A stretch of DNA of 64,000 bases, from contig JANNBC010000007.1 of the NCBI GenBank assembly GCA_031385045.1, positions 75,941 to 139,940 on the forward strand. Reading direction: 5' to 3'. Within the stretch, counting starts at the first letter, position 1. Each line of letters starts with the position of its first letter. A program made the translations under genes and the position numbers. Below are positions 18,667 to 28,751 of this stretch, piece after piece. Source of the stretch: a bacterium. GTDB lineage: Bacteria; Bdellovibrionota_C; UBA2361; CALJRW01. The notes beneath the pieces are model-generated. The model searched no databases. It worked only from the letters and a program-made list of their open reading frames with translations, and was not told where the DNA came from.

Positions 18667-19919
18667 TTTATTTTGGAATTATCATTGCAACAGTTATTGC
18701 GACACTCCTTGCACTCAACTTCACCAGATCAGAAAAGGTACTTTATCACTGTATCAAGCACCTTTATGGAGTATCCGATCCACAATTTAAAATTTCTATT
18801 GGCTATTTACTTAGGCCTCCATTTCTAGAAGGGAATAGCATTACTCCCTTAACTAACGGTGTAGAAATTTTTCCAGCAATGCTAAAAGATATTCGCTCAG
18901 CTAAAAATTCGATCTGCTTTGAAACCTACATCTATTGGTCCGGTAATATTGGCCAGCAATTTACTGAGGCTTTAGTGGAGCGAGCGAATGCAGGCATCGC
19001 GGTCCATCTGATACTAGATTGGTTTGGTGCTTATAGAATTAAGAAAAGCTTACAAATGCTAAAAGAATCTGGAGCGCAGGTTCAAATTTTCCACCCTCCC
19101 AGGTGGCATACTCTTTCCCGTCTTAATAACCGGACTCATCGCAAACTCTTAATTATTGATGGGCTCATTGGCTACACTGGTGGGGTTGGAATTGCGGATC
19201 GCTGGCAGGGGAATGCCCGCAATCCAACAGAATGGCGTGATACACATTTTCGTGTGCAAGGTCCAGTAGTAGGCCACTTACAATCTTCATTTGTTGATAA
19301 CTGGATTAAAACATCTTCTAATGTCTTACATGGGAAAAATTATTTTCCAGAACTTCACAAGCAAGGTTCCTCCTCTGCTCAAGGCTTCAGTAGTTCAGCT
19401 GCCGGTGGTAGTGATAGCGCCCACTTGATGTTTCTATTTGCAATTGCTTCTGCAAAGAAAAAAATCCTGATTAGTTCAGCTTACTTTATACCAGACAAAT
19501 TACTTATTAACGAACTGATTGCCGCCCGTACGCGAGGTGTAGAAATTCAAATTATTTTACCAGGACATCATACAGATGCTAAACCAGTACAGTGTGCCTC
19601 GCGGGCTTGCTGGGGGAAGTTACTGCAACATGGAGTTAAGTTTTTTCAATTTCAGCCGACAATGCTTCATTTGAAAATCATGCTTATTGATCAACTCTGG
19701 TGCACGGTTGGCTCAATGAACTTTGATTACCGTTCTTTTCACCTAAACTTTGAATCAAATTTGAACTTCTTTGATCATGAACTAGCAAATAAACTAGAAA
19801 AACAATTTGAAATGGATCTGGCACAATCTCTAGAAGTAAAATTGCAAGATTGGAAGAATCGCCCGTTTATTCAAAAAACTATGGATGCAATTTGTTCTCT
19901 AGGTCGAACACAATTTTAG
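18663..19919 (+). CDS. clsB: Cardiolipin synthase (ClsB-like phospholipase D)
   Basis: Two HKD motifs (HRKLLIID, HLKIMLID), WRDTH, GSMNFD. Confidence 0.85.
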   Translation: MIYFGIIIATVIATLLALNFTRSEKVLYHCIKHLYGVSDPQFKISIGYLLRPPFLEGNSITPLTNGVEIFPAMLKDIRSAKNSICFETYIYWSGNIGQQFTEALVERANAGIAVHLILDWFGAYRIKKSLQMLKESGAQVQIFHPPRWHTLSRLNNRTHRKLLIIDGLIGYTGGVGIADRWQGNARNPTEWRDTHFRVQGPVVGHLQSSFVDNWIKTSSNVLHGKNYFPELHKQGSSSAQGFSSSAAGGSDSAHLMFLFAIASAKKKILISSAYFIPDKLLINELIAARTRGVEIQIILPGHHTDAKPVQCASRACWGKLLQHGVKFFQFQPTMLHLKIMLIDQLWCTVGSMNFDYRSFHLNFESNLNFFDHELANKLEKQFEMDLAQSLEVKLQDWKNRPFIQKTMDAICSLGRTQF

Positions 19920-19998
19920 CTAACTAGTGACTTCTGGCTTTAATACTTCATTCGTTCTTCTCTCTGAAGATCTATGACTATTCACAATAAGTTAAGAT

Positions 19999-20751
19999 TT
20001 AAATATAGAAGGAAAGCTGATTAGATTGTAGCCCAAGAAAACTAATATTCTGCAAAATTGCTTCGCGTAAATGATCATCCCAAGTATTAGGATCAGAGCG
20101 AAAATGTTCAATGCTACTGGAATAAAATGGAAAGTTTAAACTTTGAGAAGCTTTATTCGTAGTTAACTCCAATCCATCTTGAGTCTCATTAGATTGATAA
20201 CTAGCGATTGTAACGCCTTGCTCAGCAAATGCTAGTGCCACCATTCCAGTCAACAGATCTTGTTTACTATGAGTTAACAGTAACTTCGGCTTAAGTTCTT
20301 GAACTAACTTGCGAATTGCGGCTGATAAAAACAAAGCAGACTTTTGCAATTTACTAATTTGAATATGGTCAGCATTTTGGCACTCAGAATATTTCTGAAG
20401 TAACTCACTGCCTCCTGCAGGCAAACTATTTTGTAAAAAACTTAGATCAGAGAAATGCTGGTTAATTTTTTTTAGCTCCTCTGCGGATAGAAAATTAGAT
20501 AAGACTTGCTCCGATAGATTGGCCCAAGCATTTAGTCCTTTTTGGGAATTCATGCAGGCCAAACACGGTCGCTTGCTATTTCCAACTGTGTATAGATCCA
20601 AGCTACAACGTTCCAAGCAGCCATCACATTTAATTGCAAAGACTTCCGATTTACGATGTACTAAATAACTGGCTAATAAGAAAATGAAATTTGCTGAAAT
20701 TAAATCAGTATCAGGGAAATTTCCATAAGGACTAAAGAGCGCAATCCTCAT
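19999..20751 (-). CDS. Hypothetical protein with a Cys cluster and a Rossmann/GT-B-like start
   Basis: MRIALFSPY; CDGCLERC...CLAC. Confidence 0.65.
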   Translation of the reverse strand: MRIALFSPYGNFPDTDLISANFIFLLASYLVHRKSEVFAIKCDGCLERCSLDLYTVGNSKRPCLACMNSQKGLNAWANLSEQVLSNFLSAEELKKINQHFSDLSFLQNSLPAGGSELLQKYSECQNADHIQISKLQKSALFLSAAIRKLVQELKPKLLLTHSKQDLLTGMVALAFAEQGVTIASYQSNETQDGLELTTNKASQSLNFPFYSSSIEHFRSDPNTWDDHLREAILQNISFLGLQSNQLSFYI

Positions 20752-21452
20752 AGGGTCTGAACATTCTGCAAAGCATTAGACTGTCGATTACGCTCAAGAT
20801 AAAAATAAACTATTTCGGGTGCTGGAGTTTGTAAATGATAGCTATTTATTAACATCTCTCCTTGGCTCGTCACTTGATTTAAACCTGATTTCAAATAGTC
20901 ATCACTAATTCTTAATTCTTGAACAGAGCCAGATAACAATTGATTAGTTGGTTTTTGTTCTGAGCGAACAAGACCGGCAGGCAAACCATTGTTATAGACA
21001 ACATCAGAAACATTAATCGCAACTAAAGAACTAGTTAAATCTTCGCTGGAACGACAAACACCATTTAATTCAAAGTTATGAGCCGAATTAATTAGCCGTG
21101 CTTCAAAACGAAGGATCTGATCAGCTCCAATTAACTCCGTTAAGCAAACTGAGTTACTTAAATCAAGTTGTGGTTGTTGTGGACATTTTAGCTGTAAGGA
21201 AACTCCGTATAATCCATTGTACTGACTAAGCAATGCTGGAAAAACTTGATCAAGAATAATTCCGTCTGGCTGAGAAAGACGTGCGCCCTCCATAGTAATT
21301 TGGACAGTCTCGAAATCGTTACCAAAGACACTAAGTGTCAACTCAACCGGGTAAGTTGATGAGATTGAACCTGAATATGGGAAAAAATGAATTGCTGTTT
21401 TAACAGTAGAATCATGATAGGCGAAAGAAACCCAGTGATAAACTTTTGACAT
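20748..21452 (-). CDS. Hypothetical protein
   Basis: 234-aa ORF tightly coupled to its neighbours. Confidence 0.7.
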   Translation of the reverse strand: MSKVYHWVSFAYHDSTVKTAIHFFPYSGSISSTYPVELTLSVFGNDFETVQITMEGARLSQPDGIILDQVFPALLSQYNGLYGVSLQLKCPQQPQLDLSNSVCLTELIGADQILRFEARLINSAHNFELNGVCRSSEDLTSSLVAINVSDVVYNNGLPAGLVRSEQKPTNQLLSGSVQELRISDDYLKSGLNQVTSQGEMLINSYHLQTPAPEIVYFYLERNRQSNALQNVQTL

Positions 21453-21453
21453 T

Positions 21454-22257
21454 TTATTCCATCACCTGTTGAGTAAAATTAGTTCTTGAGTATTTTTGCT
21501 CTAATAATCTCACGGAAAGATCATTAGATGTGTAGCTGACAATTCTTAAATAGGCCTGCTGATCATGATGCGGATCTAATTCCAAATACTCCGCAAACTC
21601 TTCTTCAATAATTAAATTCTCCGCTCCAAAGGCCTTAATCTTAATCTCTAATTCCGGAGATCTAGTTCCCGTATAAAGTCGGACCTTCAACATACTATCA
21701 CTCTGACCCAAGCTATTTAGAGCAATCATATTTTGAGATTTAGTGGAAAGATGTAGCGGAAAGAACCCAGCTTTTTCTCTGCTTAATTTACAAACTGGAC
21801 TAACTGTCAGCTCCCGATTACTGGTATTAATCTCACAGCTATGTGCAGTTCCCGCAGCAGAAACAACTTCAACACTTCCCTGTCTAATTCCAGCTTGCAA
21901 CTTACAGTTACTAACTAAACCATCAAGCTCAACTAATCCCGGCAATCCATGAACAAACTTAACATTTAGCTGATTAGTTAGTTGGCCATCGATATCATAA
22001 ATTTTAATTTGATGCTGATTATGCGCATCTTGGCGAGCAGGAGAAATGTACAATGTTGATTGAAAATATTCATCTGCTGCAAACCAAAAGAAGGATCGCG
22101 AATATTCAGCCACCTGAGACATTACAGAAGCAGAAGATTCTTTACTGATATTATTTGAATCTGAGAAGATAAAATTTTCCTGCATACTAATTAGGATTTG
22201 ACTGTTAAAAAGATTGAACCCTAGGGGTGGATAATTTTTCATGAGAAAATACATCAC
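21454..22257 (-). CDS. Hypothetical protein (true start may be downstream)
   Basis: Long ORF, beta-rich appearance, first gene of a 3-gene operon. Confidence 0.65.
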   Translation of the reverse strand: MMYFLMKNYPPLGFNLFNSQILISMQENFIFSDSNNISKESSASVMSQVAEYSRSFFWFAADEYFQSTLYISPARQDAHNQHQIKIYDIDGQLTNQLNVKFVHGLPGLVELDGLVSNCKLQAGIRQGSVEVVSAAGTAHSCEINTSNRELTVSPVCKLSREKAGFFPLHLSTKSQNMIALNSLGQSDSMLKVRLYTGTRSPELEIKIKAFGAENLIIEEEFAEYLELDPHHDQQAYLRIVSYTSNDLSVRLLEQKYSRTNFTQQVME

Positions 22258-22562
22258 ATCAATAGGACAATTTAAGCAATATCTTACACCAGTTACGGTG
22301 TAGAATAGAATTACCGAATCAGCAGAATAACTTACAACTAACGCAAAATCAAATCAAAAATCATCTAAATCAAACTCTGAAACACCTTTACTCAGAAGCC
22401 TACTACGGAACCCCAAAGAACTTTAAAAACTACCAAGAAAATTACCTTTTCATCTACGATCCTAGCTGATTTCTAAAGTTGGCGAATAATTCATATTTGG
22501 ATATAGTAATTTTAACTTAATTCTATTTTCATCTTGATCCATAATACGAGCAAAGCTAATCT

Positions 22563-23543
22563 ATGAAAAAATTACTTCTTAAAATCCTCCCGTGGATCAT
22601 TACAGTCGTGGCACTTTATTTAGCCTTTAAAGGCGTGCATATTCTTGAAGTAACTGAAACTATCCTTGCTGGCAATCCAATCTGGCTTGGGATAACAATT
22701 ACACTGACTATCTTCTCCTATGTTTTAAGAGCCTATCGCTGGCAATTCTTTTTTCCGGAAAAGGTAATAAGCTTTGCCAATGCCTATAAGGTGTTAGTGC
22801 TGGGGTTTTTTATGAACAATATCTTACCAGCTCGGGCGGGAGAAATTGTTCGGGCACATTTAGGTGCAAAATTCACTAACACAAAACGTACCCTCGTATT
22901 AGCAACAGTTGCTAGTGAGCGCTTAACTGATGGACTAATCATTAGCATCATGTTTGTAATCTATGTAATCCTTACTCCTAAAGAAGCTATCTCCAATGGG
23001 ATGCTATTTGTTGCTGGTATGTTTTTCTCGGCAACATTAATGGTTCTCTTACTATTAGTACTTCGAACGCAAATCTTTAATTATGCAGAGAAGCTAGCAA
23101 ATCGTTTTAATAATAAAGCTATTCTTTATTCAGTGGATCGATTTCAGGTTTTTATTAACGGGCTTGCTCCGATGTTTAACCGTCGCCGACTTCCAATAAC
23201 GGCGAGTCTATCACTAGCGATTTGGCTGATTGAATTGCTAGCTTACTATGCCATCGTTCGGGCATTTTCTGCCGATTTAACTCTTTTCTCATGTATCCTT
23301 TTTTTAGTGGCCGTAAATTTTAGCTCATTAATTCCAGCGGCGCCTGCAGGCATTGGTGTTATTGAAGCAGTGGCTTCAGGAGTCTTAGTGGGTCATGGAC
23401 TTGATAAAGGCCTGGCACTATCAATGGTTATTTCTCAACATTTAATTCAAATCTTAGTGATTGCAATCCCCGGAATATACTTTACTGTGACCTTAAAAAA
23501 ACATCTAAACGCTATTAAAACTGAGGCTAATGACGATCTTTAA
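22563..23543 (+). CDS. Lysylphosphatidylglycerol synthase TM-region (flippase-like, UPF0104) protein
   Basis: LRAYRW, NNILPARAGE, ERLTDG, PAAPAGIGVIE. Confidence 0.85.
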   Translation: MKKLLLKILPWIITVVALYLAFKGVHILEVTETILAGNPIWLGITITLTIFSYVLRAYRWQFFFPEKVISFANAYKVLVLGFFMNNILPARAGEIVRAHLGAKFTNTKRTLVLATVASERLTDGLIISIMFVIYVILTPKEAISNGMLFVAGMFFSATLMVLLLLVLRTQIFNYAEKLANRFNNKAILYSVDRFQVFINGLAPMFNRRRLPITASLSLAIWLIELLAYYAIVRAFSADLTLFSCILFLVAVNFSSLIPAAPAGIGVIEAVASGVLVGHGLDKGLALSMVISQHLIQILVIAIPGIYFTVTLKKHLNAIKTEANDDL

Positions 23544-24312
23544 ATCTGCTAAGGACTATTGGAAAGAAATTGAGCCCGAGATTAGTCATTTTGACTTGGC
23601 AATTATCATTCCTGCTTACAACGAAACTAAGAGAATCCCAAAAACTCTAAGACAACTTCAAGAATATTTTTCAGCTTCAAACTTTAACTATCAAGTAATT
23701 GTTGTTGATGATGGTAGCCAAGATCAAACTAGCAGCGTAGTAACTGCGATGGCTTCGGAAATTAATAATCTAGAGGTCGTTACATTACAACCAAATGTCG
23801 GTAAAGGCTGGGCCGTCCGCTCTGGTGTTTTAGCCTCTCGGGCCAAATTAATCCTTTTTTGTGATGCTGATGGAGCAACACCTTTCACTGAATTCGCCAA
23901 GCTTTATCAAGAGCTTCAGGCTGGGGCTGACATCGCTATCGGCTCCCGAGCAATTCCGAATTCAGAGGTAACATTAAAAACTAATTGCCTACGAAAATTT
24001 TTAGGTCGTAGTTTTAACTTCTTTGTAAATCGACTAATTCTACCGAAATTTTACGATACTCAATGTGGCTTTAAGCTTTTTCAAGCACCAGCTGGTCAGA
24101 TGTTATTTTATTTATTAACTCGTAGGGGATTTAGCTTTGACTTAGAAATCTTATTTTTAGCAGAGAAGTTAGGATTTAAAGTCAAAGAAGTAGCCGTCAA
24201 TTGGACAAATGTTACTGGTTCAAAAGTTAATATCCTAAAGGACTCTCTAAAAATGTTTTTAGATATTTTTAAAATTAGACTTTACTGGCTAAAACACTCG
24301 GATAAATCTTAG
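23530..24312 (+). CDS. GT2 polyprenyl-phosphate glycosyltransferase (dolichyl-phosphate glucosyltransferase-like)
   Basis: IPAYNE, VDDGS, GKGWAVRSG, DADG, DTQCGFK, FDLEIL. Confidence 0.9.
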   Translation: MTIFKSAKDYWKEIEPEISHFDLAIIIPAYNETKRIPKTLRQLQEYFSASNFNYQVIVVDDGSQDQTSSVVTAMASEINNLEVVTLQPNVGKGWAVRSGVLASRAKLILFCDADGATPFTEFAKLYQELQAGADIAIGSRAIPNSEVTLKTNCLRKFLGRSFNFFVNRLILPKFYDTQCGFKLFQAPAGQMLFYLLTRRGFSFDLEILFLAEKLGFKVKEVAVNWTNVTGSKVNILKDSLKMFLDIFKIRLYWLKHSDKS

Positions 24313-25402
24313 GCCAAGCTTCTGCCCCCATTTGTTCTAAAAACCCTGTATACCATTCCCTCAAGACAACGGACGAAAGCTTCCTAGAACTTTGCAAATC
24401 TTGATTATTTTGTATCCCTCCAACATGAATTAAAGATAACTTAGAATTTTGTCTTTGGATTTCCTGGCTAGCAGATCTAATCTGCGATTCAGCAAAGGCT
24501 TTAATTGCTTGTCCACTTAGCCCACCTTGATACTTACTAGTATAAAATTTCCAAAGTTTTTGATCTGTCGAAGTAATCTGTGAATCAAAATTAGCGTAAT
24601 TTTTTTGAGTGTTAGTTAGCACCAACCCATCTACTTGGAGTTCCGAAAATAAATGAATATTTTCTGAAACTGAATCTAAAAATCCAAGCTTCAAAAATAT
24701 TGGTAAATATTCCGAAATTGAATTACGGAGACTGATGATGGCAGAAATTCTTTTATAAAATAAAGCTTGATCTTCATTATGATCACAGTTTGGGCAACTT
24801 TCGTTTATTTCAATAAAATCAACTAGGCCAGAAGCTTTTTTAATTGCTGTTAATAATCCGGCCAATTGCTGTTCAGGATTATGCAAAGGATGTCCCATCA
24901 GGCTTAGACCAATTGGAAAATGCCTGCTCGAGTCTGGGAATTTTAATCTGAAGTTTTTAATATTCTGAAGGGCAAGATCAATCCCTTTATTAGGAAGTCC
25001 TAAAGAATTAAGCGCAGAATTAGAAAAGCTTAGTGGTACCCAAGGATTAACTTTTCGACCAAATGCAGAAATTAAATTACCTTTATGGGACTCTGATAAA
25101 GTAGTACCAACAATGGCAAAGCCTGCCCCGATCTTATAATTAAACTCTAACAGGGAGCCATCTTTATCAAAACCAGCGGCGTTACCTAAATCATTTCTAA
25201 AAAGCAAAGAATTTTTAAAAAGAGTCTGGGGATTTAACTCTGCCTCAATTAACGGCATCCTACTTGCGTAATCGGCTAATAATTTAAGATAGCTACCACG
25301 ACTAGCTGAGTATATTTTAATAACTATTTCAGGAGGCAAAAATCTAGCAATCAAGGGGCGTAATTTATGCTCCAGATGCGTAATAGTTTGAATTGGAATC
25401 AT
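24275..25402 (-). CDS. pyrD: Dihydroorotate dehydrogenase
   Basis: NAAGFDKDG, NSLGLPN.G, INESCPN, LTNT, GGLSG, VGGI. Start set at ATG 25402 from promoter position. Confidence 0.85.
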   Translation of the reverse strand: MIPIQTITHLEHKLRPLIARFLPPEIVIKIYSASRGSYLKLLADYASRMPLIEAELNPQTLFKNSLLFRNDLGNAAGFDKDGSLLEFNYKIGAGFAIVGTTLSESHKGNLISAFGRKVNPWVPLSFSNSALNSLGLPNKGIDLALQNIKNFRLKFPDSSRHFPIGLSLMGHPLHNPEQQLAGLLTAIKKASGLVDFIEINESCPNCDHNEDQALFYKRISAIISLRNSISEYLPIFLKLGFLDSVSENIHLFSELQVDGLVLTNTQKNYANFDSQITSTDQKLWKFYTSKYQGGLSGQAIKAFAESQIRSASQEIQRQNSKLSLIHVGGIQNNQDLQSSRKLSSVVLREWYTGFLEQMGAEAWPKIYPSVLASKV

Positions 25403-25409
25403 TAAAAGT

Positions 25410-25439
25410 AGTATCAATCAAAAGCTAGTAATTTGTCAA
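25410..25439 (-). promoter_or_regulatory. Sigma70-like promoter of pyrD
   Basis: TTGACA-N18-GATACT ending 7 nt before ATG 25402. Confidence 0.45.
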
Positions 25440-25482
25440 AAGCTTAGATAATGAATTGGGATACTAATAGCAGATTCCACAA

Positions 25483-25511
25483 TTGACGTTTTTCGTAACA
25501 ATTTCTACTAT
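25483..25511 (+). promoter_or_regulatory. Sigma70-like promoter of pyrF
   Basis: TTGACG-N17-TACTAT ending 8 nt before ATG 25520. Confidence 0.55.
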
Positions 25512-25519
25512 CCCCCACC

Positions 25520-26359
25520 ATGTCTACCTTCCTTGAAAAGCTACGTTTAGCCAGAGAACAAAACGATTCTTTAGTCTGTGTTGGGCTGGATTCAGATTTT
25601 AATTTAATCCCTGAGTTTCTTAAGAAAACAGCGAATCCAATTTTTGAATTTAATAAAAAAATTATTGATGCTACGGCAGATCTGGTTTGTGCTTACAAGC
25701 CCAACTCAGCTTTTTATGAATCACAAGGGAAATTAGGCTTAGAAGCCCTAGAGTTAACAATTGAATATATTCCGGAAAATATTCCTGTAATTCTGGATGC
25801 CAAACGTGGAGACATCGGTAACACTTGTGAACAGTATGCAATTTCTTGCTTCGAACATTTGAAAGCAGATGCCATTACCGTTAGTCCTTACATGGGATTT
25901 GATAGTGTCAGTCCCTTTGGCAAGTATCATGGGACTGCAACTTTTGTGTTGGTAAAAACATCTAACCAATCAGCAGAAGATTTACAAAACTTGCACTTAG
26001 CAGATCACCAACCACTTTACACTAAAGTCTGTGAACTTTTAAAAGAATGGCAGGAAAGTTGCCCAGCAATTTTAGGTGCTGTTGTTGGAGCAACTTACCC
26101 AGAAGATTTAAAAGCAATTCGCCAGTTATTACCTGATGCCCCTCTTTTAATTCCTGGATTAGGAGCTCAAGGTGGTGATACTAAAAACACAATTTTAAAT
26201 GGGCTAGGTCCCAGCGGGAATGCGCCCATTATTGTGAATTCTTCTAGAGGTATTATCTTTGCTTCTAATCAGGAAGATTTTGCTGATATCAGCCGTCTGC
26301 GATGCAATGAATTTCGTAATCAATTAAACTCTTTTCGTTTACCATTCAATCATGTCTGA
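25520..26359 (+). CDS. pyrF: Orotidine-5'-phosphate decarboxylase (type 2)
   Basis: CVGLD, YKPN.AFYE, DAKRGDIGNT, VGATYP, PGLGAQGG, NSSRGI. Confidence 0.95.
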   Translation: MSTFLEKLRLAREQNDSLVCVGLDSDFNLIPEFLKKTANPIFEFNKKIIDATADLVCAYKPNSAFYESQGKLGLEALELTIEYIPENIPVILDAKRGDIGNTCEQYAISCFEHLKADAITVSPYMGFDSVSPFGKYHGTATFVLVKTSNQSAEDLQNLHLADHQPLYTKVCELLKEWQESCPAILGAVVGATYPEDLKAIRQLLPDAPLLIPGLGAQGGDTKNTILNGLGPSGNAPIIVNSSRGIIFASNQEDFADISRLRCNEFRNQLNSFRLPFNHV

Positions 26360-27212
26360 TCTAAATTGGCTCTTTTCCACCTCAGCAGTAAAAATTGCCC
26401 CCGCGGATCAACAATTCTGGTATACCTCAGGATTAATTGGACCATATTACATTAATACCCATTTTCTTTGTGGAGGAGAGACGGAAGCATTAGCCATCTT
26501 AAATTTAATTGATAATCAGGCTGCTGACTATAAAAACTTTCCAACAATTATTACTAATAGACTAAAAGAGGTCTACGCCAAACATAAAATATTTCAGGAA
26601 TTAATTGATGAGCTGTCTAGACAGGTGAATCTTTTAGCAAAAAAAGAAGATATCACTTATATCTCTGGTGGCCAAAGAAGAGACTGGTTTTTTGCGCCAA
26701 TTATTGCTGAAAAGCTAGGTATTCCCTGTCTCTATATTTACAATGATTTAAAAGTTTTTGATCAGCAAGGCCAAGCAGTAACTAATATTCATTCCGCCAA
26801 GGTTATTAATATCGCCGACTTGTTAACAGCTGGCTCAAGCTATACAGACAAATGGCTACCTGCGATTAAAGCTATTAATGGTCAGTTAGTTGCTTCCGCA
26901 AATATTGTAGATCGCTCCCAAGGTGGGAAAGCGAACCTCGAAGCTGTTGATATTAAACATAATATTCTTATCTTTACGATTAATCAGGGCTTTTTCAACC
27001 TAGCTTTAGAACAAAATTATATTAATGCAGCACAACATCAAATTCTTAGTAGCTACTTTGAGAATCAAGATCAGTCGATGAGAGATTGGCTAACTGCCAA
27101 CCCTGATTTCCTAACTAAAGCCCAGAACTCCAGTGACCCGAAAACACAAAATCGGGCCAAAACCTTAATCGAGAAAGACCTCTATCGGCTGAATGATCAT
27201 ATTAAAATTTAA
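26352..27212 (+). CDS. pyrE: Orotate phosphoribosyltransferase, atypical long form
   Basis: YTSG..GPYYIN, PRPP loop IADLLTAGSS, VDR.QGG; overlaps pyrF. Confidence 0.7.
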   Translation: MSDLNWLFSTSAVKIAPADQQFWYTSGLIGPYYINTHFLCGGETEALAILNLIDNQAADYKNFPTIITNRLKEVYAKHKIFQELIDELSRQVNLLAKKEDITYISGGQRRDWFFAPIIAEKLGIPCLYIYNDLKVFDQQGQAVTNIHSAKVINIADLLTAGSSYTDKWLPAIKAINGQLVASANIVDRSQGGKANLEAVDIKHNILIFTINQGFFNLALEQNYINAAQHQILSSYFENQDQSMRDWLTANPDFLTKAQNSSDPKTQNRAKTLIEKDLYRLNDHIKI

Positions 27213-27266
27213 GCTAACATAGAAATACTGTATTAATTACCAGGGCAATTCGGCTATAATTGGTTG

Positions 27267-28751
27267 ATGGGCACGACAAATACGGATCTCTTGTTCGACT
27301 ATTTAAATAGAATAAGAGAACTGCATGGATACGAACCTCAAGCCACTCTTCCCGCAGAAATTATCAAATCAAAAGTAGCTTTCAATCAAAACCTACGAAT
27401 AGCAATTATCAAATCAGCTAAAGTTTTTGATAACATCAAAACAACTTTTCCTGAACTACTAAAACTACCTGAGCTGGAAGCAATAAAATTGCTTCGATCA
27501 AATGTTTTAAATTTTTATCCTGAAGATTCCGGATCACCTTACATTGCTATTGCTTCTCAGGGACCTTGGATTGTCACATTTCATGGTGGTGTAATTTACA
27601 CATGCGGTGGTTACGGCATTTTAGGCTTTGGCCATAACCCTGATTTTATTTTAGAAGTTTTGGCTAAAGAACAAACGATGGCTAACATCATGACGCCAAA
27701 CATTAGCCAATATCGTTTTACTCGAGCATTATTAAATAATATTGGTTTTTCCAAACCAGCACCCTATGAAAAATTTGCTTTAATGAATACTGGCTCCGAA
27801 GCAGTTTCCGTTGCTGCTCGCATATCTGATGCCCATGCCAAAACAGTGACAGAACATGACCAAATACATTTTGGTAAAGAAATAAAATATCTGGCATTAC
27901 TTGGAGGCTTTCATGGTCGAACTTATGATGCTGCACAAGCTTCTAGCTCTAGCTATAAAGCTTATCAAGCAACGCTAGCATCTTTTCGTAATTCTAAAAA
28001 ATTAGTTACTGTTATTCCAAACGATCTAGAATCATTAGAAAATGCTTTCATCCAGGCTGAAAAAGATAATGTTTATTTTGAGATGATGTTTATTGAACCC
28101 GTTATGGGAGAAGGCCGCGCGGGCTTTGCGATCACGCCAGAGTTTTATGCCTTGGCTAGAAAACTAACCCAAGCACACAAAAGTTTATTACTAGTTGATT
28201 CAATCCAAGCCGGACTTCGCTGTCATGGAGTACTAAGCATTAATGACTATCCCGGATTTGAAAAATTAGAAGGTCCAGACATGGAGACCTTCTCCAAAGC
28301 AATTAACTGTGGCCAATATCCATTATCAGTTCTAGCCATTAATTCTTATACGGCCGACTTTTATAAAACTGGTATTTATGGCAATACCATGACTGGCAAT
28401 CCTCGCGGTCTAGATTTAGGTGCTGCGGTTTTAAATCAAATGACACCAGCGGTTCGAGCAAACATAATTAACATGGGTGTAGAATTTAAAAATGCCCTAG
28501 AAGTAGTTCAAGCAGAATTTCCAGAAATTTTAGAGGAAGTCTTAGGTCAAGGACTATTACTTTCCGCAAAAATAAATCCAAAATATCCCGTAGAAGGCCT
28601 TTATGGAATTGAGCATCGGATGAGACTTAATGGTGTGAATGTGATTCATAGCAGTGGTAATCGTTTAAGATTTACTCCTTGGTTTTTAATTAACAAAGAA
28701 GAAATTATTCTAATCCAACACTGTCTAAGACAAGTCTTAAAAAATTTATGA
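27267..28751 (+). CDS. lat: Class III aminotransferase, probable L-lysine 6-aminotransferase
   Basis: FHGRT, EPVMGEG, DSIQAG, FSKA (PLP Lys); coupled to an ALDH7 gene. Confidence 0.7.
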   Translation: MGTTNTDLLFDYLNRIRELHGYEPQATLPAEIIKSKVAFNQNLRIAIIKSAKVFDNIKTTFPELLKLPELEAIKLLRSNVLNFYPEDSGSPYIAIASQGPWIVTFHGGVIYTCGGYGILGFGHNPDFILEVLAKEQTMANIMTPNISQYRFTRALLNNIGFSKPAPYEKFALMNTGSEAVSVAARISDAHAKTVTEHDQIHFGKEIKYLALLGGFHGRTYDAAQASSSSYKAYQATLASFRNSKKLVTVIPNDLESLENAFIQAEKDNVYFEMMFIEPVMGEGRAGFAITPEFYALARKLTQAHKSLLLVDSIQAGLRCHGVLSINDYPGFEKLEGPDMETFSKAINCGQYPLSVLAINSYTADFYKTGIYGNTMTGNPRGLDLGAAVLNQMTPAVRANIINMGVEFKNALEVVQAEFPEILEEVLGQGLLLSAKINPKYPVEGLYGIEHRMRLNGVNVIHSSGNRLRFTPWFLINKEEIILIQHCLRQVLKNL

